A stretch of DNA of 64,000 bases, from positions 186,001-250,000 of the forward strand of contig CBFDEM010000048.1 in the NCBI GenBank assembly GCA_965603825.1. The letters are read 5' to 3'. Below the pieces are notes generated by a model. It was not told the DNA's origin. It did not search any database and saw only the letters and a program-made list of their open reading frames with translations. Positions 25,236 to 37,000 of this stretch are shown here, piece by piece. Position numbers and translations under genes: made by a program. The DNA comes from Blepharisma stoltei ATCC 30299. Lineage: Eukaryota; Protista; Ciliophora. How positions within the stretch are numbered: position 1 is the stretch's first letter; the number at the start of each line of letters is the position of its first letter.

Positions 25236-25838
25236 CTAAATATATTCCACAATCTCCCTAAATGCTCCATTTGAAATTCTTCCAAACGAATTGCTAAATT
25301 TATTCACAAATAAAATTCCTTTCCTTTCTCTCCATAATATAAACCTAGTAAATACAGCTTTGGACTCAGGCTGTTTGCAGTAATCAATTGTAATTTTCCC
25401 ATTAAGATCTTTCAATAGTGCTGCTTCAACATCTGTATTTAAAAATGATTCAATTAAATTTGCATGATTTCCTTTGACTGCTATATGAAATGGATACTGC
25501 CATCTCTCATTTTTAATTCTCAGACTTGCATTATGAGAAATCAGCAGTTTTGCAAGGTCATAATTGCCATTTAATGAAGCAACATGAAGTGCTGTGTTTC
25601 CTCCTGAATTTTTCATGTTTGGATCTGCACCATTTTGAAGGAGAAGAGAAATCGAGTCAAGATGGTTTGATTGAGCTGCTAGATAGAGAGGAGCATCAGA
25701 TCGCTTTGTTTGAAGATTTACATTGGCGCCTGCTTTTATAAAGCATTCGATAAGGCGAGAGTTGCCTGATTTAGCTGCTCTATGAAAGGCTGAGTCTTCA
25801 AGTTGAGGATTTTCAGATGTTCGAGGATAAGAAATCAT
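25236..25838 (-). CDS. Ankyrin-repeat protein
   Basis: About four ankyrin repeats (APLYLAA, GNTALHVAS, GADPN). Confidence 0.9.
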   Translation of the reverse strand: MISYPRTSENPQLEDSAFHRAAKSGNSRLIECFIKAGANVNLQTKRSDAPLYLAAQSNHLDSISLLLQNGADPNMKNSGGNTALHVASLNGNYDLAKLLISHNASLRIKNERWQYPFHIAVKGNHANLIESFLNTDVEAALLKDLNGKITIDYCKQPESKAVFTRFILWRERKGILFVNKFSNSFGRISNGAFREIVEYI

Positions 25839-25992
25839 GTATATTTATGGAGATTAATAATAATGTAAAAAATTGATAAAAATTTATTATATAATGATTC
25901 TTTTAAAAAAGAGATCAATAGTGCTAGCCTTTGTGCTATTAATTAGATTGCAACCAACAAGGTATCCTGTCTATTTTTTTACTAATAATATA

Positions 25993-27453
25993 ATGAATTA
26001 CAAAGGAGATAAAAAGTCCAAACGCACTGCCAAGCAAACTAGCACTAAGCCAAAGCTATTCAGAAGAAGAACAATGGAAGATACAATACGTGAAGGAAGA
26101 GAGTATTTAATCAGATCCAAAATGGACGCTGAATATATCCCTGACGCTCCAAATATTTCTCCTATTATAAAATTTTCCCAAACCAAAGTAAAAGATGAAG
26201 AGCCTGAACCTCTTAAAAGGCCACGAAAAGACAGCGATTTTGACACACCTAAAAAAATCAGAAAAACAAAAGAAATCAACATTGAACTCTATGTCTCAGA
26301 AAACACACAAAGTCAACTCAAAAGCTATAAAGTGATTGACGACACATATGATATAAAAAAAGAGGAACTTCAGAATAAACCTCAAAATAGAAAAGAAAAG
26401 CCTATAAAACGATTAAATGAAGACTTCGAAATAGAAAAATTTGAGCCAAAACTTGAGCCTATAGAGATCCCACAAAGTATTCCTTATCAAGAAATAAAGG
26501 ATGGAACAGATGAAATGGACATTGAAGGAGCAGAGGAAGAAACCACAACTTCTGAAAATATTTTATCAGCCCATATCATCAAAGAGATTACCTACCAAAT
26601 TATCTCAAAACCTATCTGTGAATATACATCATTGTCTCAATCTAAATCTCTGACTTGCCTACAAAAGCCCCTAAATCCTTTATTAGAAATCAATTCAGAA
26701 ACTAAATCATTTTCCCTTTCAATCCCTCCAAAAATCAATCCAATATCTATTTCTTCACACATAACAGCTAAAGTCTCTCTCATCACAATTCCATTAACTT
26801 CTCCAATAATAATCCAATCTCAAGCATCAAATATTTCTGTCCTATCAAAACCAACTATAGAGCCACTGTCAATAATGCAAGAAATCCCCAATGAAACATC
26901 AAATATTTCTGCTATGGCCAAACCACATATAGAACTATTATCAATAACAGAAAAAATTCTTACTAAAGCAGCTGAAATAAAACAAGTCCACCCTCCCATG
27001 ACAATGGAAAAAGAAATCAATGTAGCTGAAGAATCTACTGAATCTAATTTTAACATGAAAAATGAAGAAAATTTCGAAGAGGTGGCTGAATGTACAATCC
27101 CAATGAAAAGGTCAAGGTCTTTTGACACTTGTATAGAAGATTGTCCAAGAAAAGAATTAAAAGTCGAAGAAAGCTGCCTAAAAGAAAATTTCCACAGCTT
27201 AAATGAAAATACTGAGCCTGAAACTATAAATGGTGCTCAAGAGATAAGAAGTTCTTCAGAAGATGCAGAAATAATTGAATATGACATGGAAAGCATCAAT
27301 GTTAAATTCTGACAGTTTAAATTACTCTCTAAGCCAAGGCTACAAATTGAGCTTTACAAATCCTTAGTAGCTAGAGAAAAAGTGCCTATTTGCTTTGAAT
27401 CATCTTGTAAATTCAGAGTCCTTCCAGAGCTGCATGGTCTCAAGATATGTTAA
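25993..27453 (+). CDS. Hypothetical low-complexity protein
   Basis: Long ORF, likely start MNYKGDKK; TGA 27310-27312 as Trp extends to TAA 27451-27453. Confidence 0.7.
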
Positions 27454-27612
27454 AGCTTAAATTATTTAAAAACTTTTGTATTTTCTTAGTTTATTATTTT
27501 CTATTCAAATTTCTATGAAAAATGCCTCATATCATTATTTATTGCTTAAAATGAAGGACCTTCTTCACAACGATAATTATCATTTAATATGTTTCAAGTT
27601 AATCCTAATTAT

Positions 27613-27915
27613 CTAGTCATCTGATTCGGTGTTTACTTCTTCTGCAGAACTGATTATTTTTGCTGAACAAAAATCATATAAAACATCAACAAAACTAATC
27701 AAACGCTTTAAGTGTTCGCTAGAAAACTCTTCGTCTTTTTTCTCTGCTAGGGTTTTCATCTCTTTGAGTAATCTTCGTGTCATTGGCTGAATTGATTTTT
27801 CTTCGAGAAGCAGGCTACTCACTGATACTATTTGGTACCTTGCTGTTTTGATTTGCTGCTCATTATTGCTTTCGAGGAATGCTTTTCACAGGACAATACC
27901 AGGGAAGAAGGACAT
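27613..27915 (-). CDS. Hypothetical 100-aa protein
   Basis: ATG 27915 in frame with ORF 27613-27822 via one TGA. Confidence 0.5.
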
Positions 27916-28227
27916 AATTATTCTATAATTTTTATTTTTAAAATTAATGATTATCGAAAAGTGAGCCAATAATTTGCAATGGTATTCTGCTAAATTTTTA
28001 AATAATCATTTTTGATATAAAAAGGGCAAGAACGTAAACGCATTGAGGGGGAAAAATATTTTAAGGAAAAAAAGATTATAAGCCTTTTCGTAAAAGAAGC
28101 CTATATATAGAATTTTCTGCTTCTTAAATAAGAAAAAGAATTATTGGTAAGTCTAAAGTTACATTTTTGCATAAATAATCTATAAGAAAATTAAAATGCC
28201 ATCTTTCAATAAAATATTTACACGTAA

Positions 28228-30276
28228 ATGTTTTATTTGCTCTGCTTATTTGCCTTAGGATGCTCAGCATTATATGAAAACTGCCCTTACGTGAACCACA
28301 CAGCTAAAGAAGAGCTTGCCAAGATAATAGAAAATCCAGATTTTATGACAGTTGACATCATTTACGATCGAGAAGGCGTGTCTTCAAAAGCCCTTGCTGA
28401 GGTTGTTGAGCAAGTTTTAGTGAAACTCCACAATTTTGTCAGGGTCTATGCAATTGATTGCACAGATGATGAAAAACTGTGCCCAGAAAAAGTAAAAGCA
28501 GAGTTACCCATTTTTGAAGCTCATGTCCCAGCTGGGTTAAACCCATATACAGGAAAGCCTCTAGTCCACCAAAGAAGATTTGAAGGCCGAATTGCATATA
28601 AAGAAATCTCAGACTTTTTATTGACAAATATCCCATATTTGGGTGAAGAACTCAATGAAGACAAAGAAGAATATTTAAAAGAAAAAAACTTAAACCACGT
28701 GATTTTGTTTACCAATAAAGATAAAGCTCCTGTGATGTATAAAGCACTTACTTCACAATTCAGAGGCAGATTGGAGTTTTGGGTGTCTCTGCTAGGAGAA
28801 AATGAATATGCAAAGAAATTTGGAGTCACTGAGTTTCCGACGATTTTGGTAAAAGTTGGGGAGGAAGCTGCGAAATATCCAGGGAAAAACGACTTTTTTG
28901 ATATTTCTAAATTTTTAGAACAATATGCAAAAGAAAGACAAGAGCTAAAACTCAGGAAAAAAGCACCAAAACAAAAGCAGCAAGATGTACCTGAAATCCC
29001 AGAAATTCCTATTTTGAATTTAGACGCTGGCAATTTCAAAGAAAAGCTGGAAGACGGAAAACTTGCAATTGTCCACTTTTATAAAGAAAACCAAGTTGCT
29101 GAATGGGACGATATCAAAAAAAATTACAACGGTGTCGTTTTGCTTGCAAATTTTCATTGCGGAGGTGGAGCAGAAGAAGATCTTGCAAAATCACTAGGAG
29201 TTAAAAAATTTCCATCATTAAGAATATTCCCAAGCAATCGCAAACGCAAGAGCTTAGAACTCGTGTTTTCAGACCAATATGAGCTGGAAGACGAGATTGC
29301 AAGAGAGCTTAAGAGCGATATTATTACTCTTGCAGACGCAACTGTCAACAGTTTTGTGCGCACAGTAGGTGAAGAACAAAAACTTGGATTACTGTATTTA
29401 TCAGAAAACTCCCCAAACCTTTATTTCAGAGGACTATCTGCTGATCCAGCCTTCAAGGATTTCGTTAAATTTGGCTTTTTCAAGAAACCAGAAGCGGAAT
29501 CTAGAAAAATATTTACCACCAGCAGATTCCCTACAATAGTTGCTTTTTCAACTCCAGATGAAACTGGAAATTACAAAATTCTTGAATATACAGGGAATCT
29601 AAATGACTATGCACAAATGAGCTTCTTTTTAGACAAACAAGCTATCCCATATATGCTTAAACGCGAAATTAGTCAAGAAATAGATGAAGACAGTGCTGAC
29701 ATTGTGGAATACACAAGTAAAAATTTTGAAAAAGCCTGTGCTAAAAAAGTTGGTATGTGCGTTATTGGCTTTTTTGAAGGAAATCCAGTAAGTTTTATAT
29801 AGGAAAACAACCCTGCCCAATTTTCTGTATTTAAGAAAGTAAGTCTTTTAATGGAAAAACGAAAAATTCCTTTTCATTTCGGCTGGGTAGATGGTATTTG
29901 TCAATATGAGCTTAGAGAAAGCTTTGGAATCTCAGAAGCAATGATGCCTAATCTGGCTGTTTATTTCCCTAGTAAGCAAAAATCTGCAAGACTTGTAGGG
30001 ACTTTTAATGAAGAAGACTTAAATTCTTTCTTAGAAGGAGTTACAAGAGGTAAAGTGGCAACTGACGATAAGGCAAAAGTCCAAGTAGTTGAAAGAGATT
30101 GCAAAGAATTCCATAATAGCTTGAAACAACAGAGCGAAGAAGGAAATGATGAACTAATTGCAGAAATCCTGAAGGAAGAAGAAGAAAGAAAGAAAGCTTT
30201 AGGCATTGGAGAAAGCACAGGAAAGAAAGGGAAACGCAAAAAGAGAAGAGGAGTCAGCAAAGCTGATGATTTATAA
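28228..30276 (+). CDS. ER-luminal multi-thioredoxin-fold (PDI-like) protein
   Basis: Signal peptide, repeated Trx-like elements (FGVTEFPTI, LGVKKFPSL), intron 29788-29802, C-terminal ADDL. Confidence 0.8.
29788..29802 (+). other. 15-nt spliceosomal intron
   Basis: GTAAGTTTTATATAG; in-frame TAG. Confidence 0.88.
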
Positions 30277-30636
30277 TGAATCCATTAGAATAGTATTTTA
30301 GCCTTTGATTTCTTGTGATTATTTTTTTAGAAAATGGACAAAGCTTGTGCTCTTCAGCTGTCTATTTATTAACGTCATAGGATTGAAGATGAGTTTACTA
30401 TAAAAAAGTACTGAATATATAATATAAAAATCCTCATTTATTTTATTTTAATTCTTGCAGCATTCAAGAATGAGTTTACCTTGCAAGATATTCGCAGAAT
30501 TTTAATAGGAATATATTACTAATAAAGCAATAAATAATATTTGTCTTTTGATAATCTTTGAGTATTCGTTCTTTTTAATTTTTAAGAGACACTACTTTTG
30601 CCTTTTCTCACATTTATCATCAATAGAAAAGAATTA

Positions 30637-31065
30637 ATGGAATATATTAATTCTGATAAAACAATGGAAATAAGGCCTATGCTGAGCGTGTTTACAAATA
30701 TGTTTTCTCTCTTGAATATGTCTCCTGCAGATTCTGTTTGGCCAATGAGTTTGGTTTTACCGTCGCTTGAAAGATTATCTGGTGTGAACGATAAGAAATT
30801 ACTTCCTAAAATTCAACAGGCTGACTCCTCGAAAAGTGAGAATCAGAGCTGCGAAAGAGTGTGCACACACAGAGATAAGAAAATTTATGCAAAAAACATG
30901 TGCAATAATTGCTATAGGCGCTTTGGAAAGGACAAATTAGCTTGAACTTGTCCTCATAGAGATCGCCAGCACTATGCTAAAGGCAAATGTCAGCTTTGCT
31001 ATTTGAAAGAATATCATAGATCACGAGTTTTCGAGAAAAGACACAAACGTCAGGACTTGAAATAG
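30637..31065 (+). CDS. Small protein with two CxH-x4-YAK-x2-CxxCY putative zinc-binding repeats
   Basis: CTHRDKKIYAKNMCNNCY and, after TGA=Trp at 30943, CPHRDRQHYAKGKCQLCY. Confidence 0.8.
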
Positions 31066-31486
31066 ACTGGCTGGTTTAATAAATAATGATAATTGATAAT
31101 TTGTTCATTTAAAAATTAAATACCGCCCACAATAATATATGATTTTTCGATAAAAAATAATTCCAATTATGACTTCTGTGAGATGTTTTCTACTGCAAAT
31201 AAGTGTTAGACTATTTTTATATTTATTTAAATATTAATATAAATGTGCGAAATATTTGATAATTTATAATTAAAATAGCAGCAAACCCAAAAGTTCTCCA
31301 AATTCTTGACAAATTAAGCGAATTACTGAATCGCTATTGAGAATTAATTTGACAGCATAGAAAAATTAAATACAAATTAGCAAACTTGATATTATAGTAT
31401 TAAATACATAGTAATTGAGAAATACAATTAGAAATTAATCAGTGTTGAAATAATATTTTCTCAACTTATATAAATACTTTATTTAA

Positions 31487-32347
31487 ATGTACAACGTTTA
31501 TATTGCAGATAAACTCAGCAAACAAAAAGAAACAGAAGAAAGCCTTCACGCCCAAGGTTTACTCTACAAAGAAAAGAAAAAGAAGCTCGACGAGTCACTA
31601 ACCGAAAGTTACCGCAAACGTATGAACGAAACAATCATTAAGCTTGCAAAAGATTTGGACAATAAGAAAAGTCCTCGCTCATCAAGTGCGACCCCAAGAA
31701 AAGTCGTTTTATTTACCCATCGTGGAAGTCTTAAAGACCAAGATCGAATCAAAGATGCCATCGAAAAATCCAAATGGCTTGATACATCTCCATCTCACAG
31801 GCCCATTTTTAGACTGAGGCAGCGAGACAAAAGCAAAGAAATTCAGCCACCAATGTACCAAAGGCCACGAACAGTCCATGAACGTCTATTGGATACCATA
31901 AAATTTCAAAGAAGCTACTATGACACTTCTCTGCCACCAAATAGCAATTATAAAACCTTTTATAAAGATTTTACAGGGTCCTCCAAACAAAGTTTTGGGG
32001 GTGGAAAAGAAGTAAACAGCTACTATCATGTGAAAACTCACTTTAAAACTATTGAAAGCATGGCACTAGACTTGCATAAAACTATACGAAGCGATAATAA
32101 GAGCGAGGTGCGGCAGAAAATAGCCCAAGAAAAGCAAGGATTAACAAAGCAGCTTATGAACCGGACAGTTATATTGCCTGACAATAACAACGAAGTTTCT
32201 TTTGAAATCAAAAATCTTAGTGATTTTGAGATAATCCTATCAAAGCAAGATGTAGTTCCTCTGTCAAATGAGCTTCTGCACAAATATCGCGTTTGGAAGC
32301 CGAACCTTCACGAAAATTCTTTCCATTTCAAAAAGCAGTTAAAATAG
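31487..32347 (+). CDS. Hypothetical basic protein
   Basis: 286-aa intact ORF; no recognised motif. Confidence 0.75.
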   Translation: MYNVYIADKLSKQKETEESLHAQGLLYKEKKKKLDESLTESYRKRMNETIIKLAKDLDNKKSPRSSSATPRKVVLFTHRGSLKDQDRIKDAIEKSKWLDTSPSHRPIFRLRQRDKSKEIQPPMYQRPRTVHERLLDTIKFQRSYYDTSLPPNSNYKTFYKDFTGSSKQSFGGGKEVNSYYHVKTHFKTIESMALDLHKTIRSDNKSEVRQKIAQEKQGLTKQLMNRTVILPDNNNEVSFEIKNLSDFEIILSKQDVVPLSNELLHKYRVWKPNLHENSFHFKKQLK

Positions 32348-32379
32348 TAATGTAGCTATTAAATAATAAATATTTTAAC

Positions 32380-32949
32380 ATGGATAAGAAATCGCCTGAC
32401 GAACTTCTAGAAGAAGTCAAAATTCATCAAGTTGAACGTGATGCATTGGATCGAGTCTTCAAAACTTTTGTAAGCAAATCAGATGATCCGCGTGCAATTG
32501 AAAGCTGTGTGAAATTTGGATGGCAAGAAGTTAGCAGAGTTTTGCACGAACTGGGCTGCAGACAGTCAAAACAAGAAGTGCAGCTTATGGTATGGGAAGT
32601 CGATGAAGATCTCGACGGTTATGTATCAAAAGAAGAATTCGAAATAATGTACAAGAGGGTCGTCAGTGATAAAACAGGACTAGAGCCAAGAAAACTGTTT
32701 AATTTGGTACAGTTTATGATGTACGACAAAGGAAATACAGGCAGGGTTACTGTTGAAGACACTTTAGAGCTTATTTACGTACGCTACGGTATGGAACATC
32801 TGGAAAAAGAAATCCAAGCCTTGTTCGGGGAAAATGAAAAAACAGACGACGGACAGGAGAAATCTATCACATTTTCAGAGTATTTAGAGCAAATTAATAA
32901 ACGAGCTACTGAAAAGAGGAAAAAGAAATCTTTTAAGAAATCAAAGTAA
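32380..32949 (+). CDS. EF-hand (calmodulin/centrin-like) protein
   Basis: EF loops DEDLDGYVSKEE and DKGNTGRVTVED. Confidence 0.85.
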   Translation: MDKKSPDELLEEVKIHQVERDALDRVFKTFVSKSDDPRAIESCVKFGWQEVSRVLHELGCRQSKQEVQLMVWEVDEDLDGYVSKEEFEIMYKRVVSDKTGLEPRKLFNLVQFMMYDKGNTGRVTVEDTLELIYVRYGMEHLEKEIQALFGENEKTDDGQEKSITFSEYLEQINKRATEKRKKKSFKKSK

Positions 32950-33542
32950 TAACTAAGCTTGATTATTTAGAAATCCTTTAAATAAGTTGGCAGGGAGGCT
33001 TCAAAATAGCTATTAAGGTGCTGCAAATAAAAGCTGTGCTATAGAGACTATGAAAGAAAATTAGAGTAACCGTCATAATCAGATGATTAATTAATTTTAA
33101 TTTGTCAAAATTTTTAATGAGAGCTGCATAAACTTGAAAAATAAGAGATTTTTTTATTTGTATTTTATGCATCATTATATCTATTGTAGTAGATTGAGAT
33201 ATTTCCATGAATAGCAAATACTGTCAAATTTTTACATGTAATTCTCATTAAGTTAGGTATTTATTTTTGCATTTCTATCCTCATAATAGGATTTTGGTAA
33301 AGCGTTATTATGCATTGTGACTCTTTTTTTACAATCTCATATGCTTTCCATCTGAAGAAATTCATATAGCAATTTTAAGCTTCATCTTCTCACGTAGTTC
33401 TGCATTATCTCCTTTTTTAAGCTCCATCACTTACTTTTGCTAATATCTCCACACTTCTCCCCAAAATCCCTATACCTCTTTTCGCTTAAATTCATATGAA
33501 CTCAGCTAAGAATGGTGCCATTATAATAGCTTATATCCACAA

Positions 33543-34052
33543 ATGGTGAAGTGGTACCCTACAGAAGACTTCAAAAAGACCAAAACTAGGGAAGAACAAA
33601 AACCAACAAGGCTCAGAGGTGGGATCACTCCTGGTCAGGTTTTAATCCTCCTGGCTGGTAAGCACCAAGGCAAAAGAGTTGTCTTCCTCAAGCAACTTGA
33701 AAGTGGATTGTTGTTGGTAACTGGACCATACAAACTTAACGGAGTCGCACTCAAAAGAATCCCTCAAGCTTACACTGTGCCTACATCAACCAAGATCGAC
33801 ATCACAGGACTTGACACCTCAAGCATCAATGACGCTTTCTTTGCAAAAGAAAAGAAAAAGGCTGCAAAAAGCGAAGAACAGTTCTTTGTCGCTAAGCCAG
33901 CCAAGAAAGAGGTGCCAGAATTCAAGAAGGCCGCACAGAAAAATCTAGACTCAAGCATTGTTTCTGCTATCTCAGATCCTCTGGTCAAGAAATACTTATC
34001 AACTAAGTTCAGACTGAGAAACGGGATGTACCCACACTTGCTTAAGTTTTAA
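33543..34052 (+). CDS. RPL6: 60S ribosomal protein L6 (eL6)
   Basis: ITPGQVLILLAGKHQGKRVVFLKQLESGLLLVTGP and YPHLLKF; pyrimidine-rich upstream region. Confidence 0.96.
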   Translation: MVKWYPTEDFKKTKTREEQKPTRLRGGITPGQVLILLAGKHQGKRVVFLKQLESGLLLVTGPYKLNGVALKRIPQAYTVPTSTKIDITGLDTSSINDAFFAKEKKKAAKSEEQFFVAKPAKKEVPEFKKAAQKNLDSSIVSAISDPLVKKYLSTKFRLRNGMYPHLLKF

Positions 34053-34088
34053 AGGCTAACTTAGTTTATTATACTTTTGCATTAACTT

Positions 34089-37000
34089 TTATATCGTTGC
34101 TAAAAAAGCCACAATGTCTCTTATTTCTTTTAGCATAGTCGGCGTGAGTGCATCCTTACTAATTTCTTCTTCCTCTTCAATAGGATCTCCTATATCTTCT
34201 CTGTTTTCTGCAGAATATACAGTTGATTTGTCTTTATCACAATCTAGATAGATAGACAGTCAAAATTTCCCAATCTTCCCAGCCATCATGGTACTAGGAA
34301 TTATCGCGTATTTCCCTGGCAGAAGTGTTTCTCTGATTTGGATTTCTCTATGCAGCTTCATAACTGAGAGTTTTGCTATTCTTGAGCTATCAAAAGCAGC
34401 AATCCTGTCTTCAGCTGCCAGCATTTTCATGACTGAAAAGCAAGCTGTATTTATGATTCCATCATAAGGAAAAACGCTACCTTTTATAAACCTGCCATCT
34501 TCTTGTGTAAGAGATATAAATGCTTCTGCTTTTTGTTTGAGGGTGAGAATATATTGTGGGTTGCTACCCCATCTTTCGCAATTTGCTTTACTCATTTTGG
34601 CAGGGGTCCCACCTGAATTTTGTTGGGTTCATTGTCCTTGGAATCTGACTCCTCACCATTGGTCTGGGAAATCGACACAGGAAAATAAGTTGTCAAATAT
34701 TCGCCTTCAGTCTCTGTAGCACATTAAAAAGGTGCCATCGTTAGAATTTTCAGGGTCAAATATTTCATCAGGGCCAAGCTTATCTATTTCTTTTTTAACG
34801 ACGTCTAAGTTGTCTCTGAGCTCAGGACTTTTGTCAGACCACTTGCCAAGTCATTCTCTTTGGCCCCATGGATTTCGAAGTCTTAGTAGTCTGTGACGCT
34901 TTTTCGTGTTGTGTGCTTTGGGATTTGGGATGAAAAGTACATCAATAATGGCATAAGCGTGCTTGGCTAATAATCCGCAGGGTTCACCATCAAAAATTAC
35001 ATCAGTTTCAACTCCTTCTGAATCAATAGAGCAGCCCATTAAAGTGCCTTCTTCTTTAAACTTTCTTAATTTCTGCCACAACTCATCAGATTTTTGCCTT
35101 TCTTGCTCAGGTGGGACTGATAAAATACCTCCTCTTCCTTTGATTTTTAATTTTTCAGCAACATGTCCAGTTAAATCTACCAGTCCATCATCAATAAGTC
35201 CTCCATTCAAAGCTTCATAGCATCCATGCAGCTTAGCATAAGCTTTTTCTATTAGAGATACCCAAAGCTCATTATTATCTTTACAGTGGCCAAAAATAAA
35301 CTTTACTTCCCCAATCTCAGAAAATACAGGAAGCCTGTCATCTATAATGACCCACCTTCATCTGCAATCTTTAAAAAACTTTATCACATATAAACCTTTT
35401 TTAGAAAAATTGTGAAAAATAGGAGGGTAAACCCCATTAGAAATCCCAAGAGCGTTTTCTCCGGTTATTTGCTTAGCTGAAGATAAATTAGTGATGCTGC
35501 CTCTAAGGAGCTCATCTTTGGTAGCTAAAACGCTGAGCGCGCCTATAAACCAACAATCGCCAAGAGACCCTTGCATGACGTCATTTGAACTGATATCGTC
35601 GTTGAAAAAGCATGGATTAGGGAGTCATTCTTTTGGAGAAAGCCACTTTATTTCTTCAGGAGGTGGATAATTTGAAGACGGTGGAGACCCATTCCAATAA
35701 AGACAAAAAGCTCCTTGTTTTTCTTGCTCTGGCCCAAAATCTGGGTCTCTAAATGAGGCATTCCCTTTAGGTAAAAGCTCTGTGCATCGTTTTAAAGCGG
35801 CTTGCTCACTATTAAGAATTGTAGTTATATTTGGATTTGACCTAACAAAGAAATCTTGACTGGGGACTATTGTGTAGTCACGAATTTCAGATATAGGATC
35901 TGATTGTTTAGGGGCTGATCTCAATAGTGGCTGAGAGTCTGGCGGCGCAGCTCCATCAGATTTAATTTGGAACTGGTAGTTATAAATAAAATCAATAAAA
36001 TCTTGATATATAATGGTGCTGTTTTTGCTTTTATCTGCAATATTAATTAAGCCTTCTTTTTGTTGAGATGATAGTCCAAGCTTCAATCTTTCTAAGCCTA
36101 GATAAAACTCTGAGGTGTTTAATGCGCCATTTCCTTCTTCGTCAATTCTTTGGAAAACTGACTCAAGGGCTAAAAATCCATCTGGGTTTGCTTTGGCGTA
36201 TAATTTTATTTTATAAATTGCTTGATCTATAGATCCCTCTTGAAAAACACTTGGCGACACATCTACATGTTTTATTTCTGCTTTTTTCACTGCAGCTGGC
36301 TTATTTGGAACTTTTGGCTGGCTTTCTGTTTTTGATTCTTCTTTACTCGCCTTCTTTTCGCTCTCATTATTTATTTTTTCTGTAATTTCTATTTGGTTTC
36401 TTGGTGTCGGTTTTGTGCTCTTTGGCGGTGGACCTCTATAAGAATCAATTTTATTAAAAATTTCCTGGCCAGAGACTTTATCATCAATATCATCATCAAT
36501 AACATTAAACAACCTTTGAGCTTTATCTTGGGTGATGCTTAATTTGTTTTGTAAATATCGTACAGCTTGTGCTTTTTCTAATATATCATTTGGGGAAAGA
36601 TCATTAAAATAGTCAGCAGTTGATACAGATCCTGGGATGTTTAAGACTACATTTGAGATAGGATCAAAGCTAATTTTGTTTGAAAGAGCTAATGGGGAAG
36701 CTTTACAGCAGGATTCTAGGCATGAAATGTAGTTATAGACCTTTAAATAGCCGCAGTTTTTCATTTCTAGAGCGGAAAATATCATGTTTAGCTCAGTGCT
36801 GGTGTATTCATCACTGAAAACTTTGAGAAAAGTTTCTCGATCCACTGATTCTTCTGGATCAATTCTGTTTTCTGTATAATATTGATATGCATTGCTATGA
36901 TATGCGTCCAGATGTTTTGCGTTTTCTTGGAGAACACTTTTTACCTCTCTTGGTGTTTTCGGATTCTGCCCTAGAGGAAACTGGCCAATATTGCCTTGAG

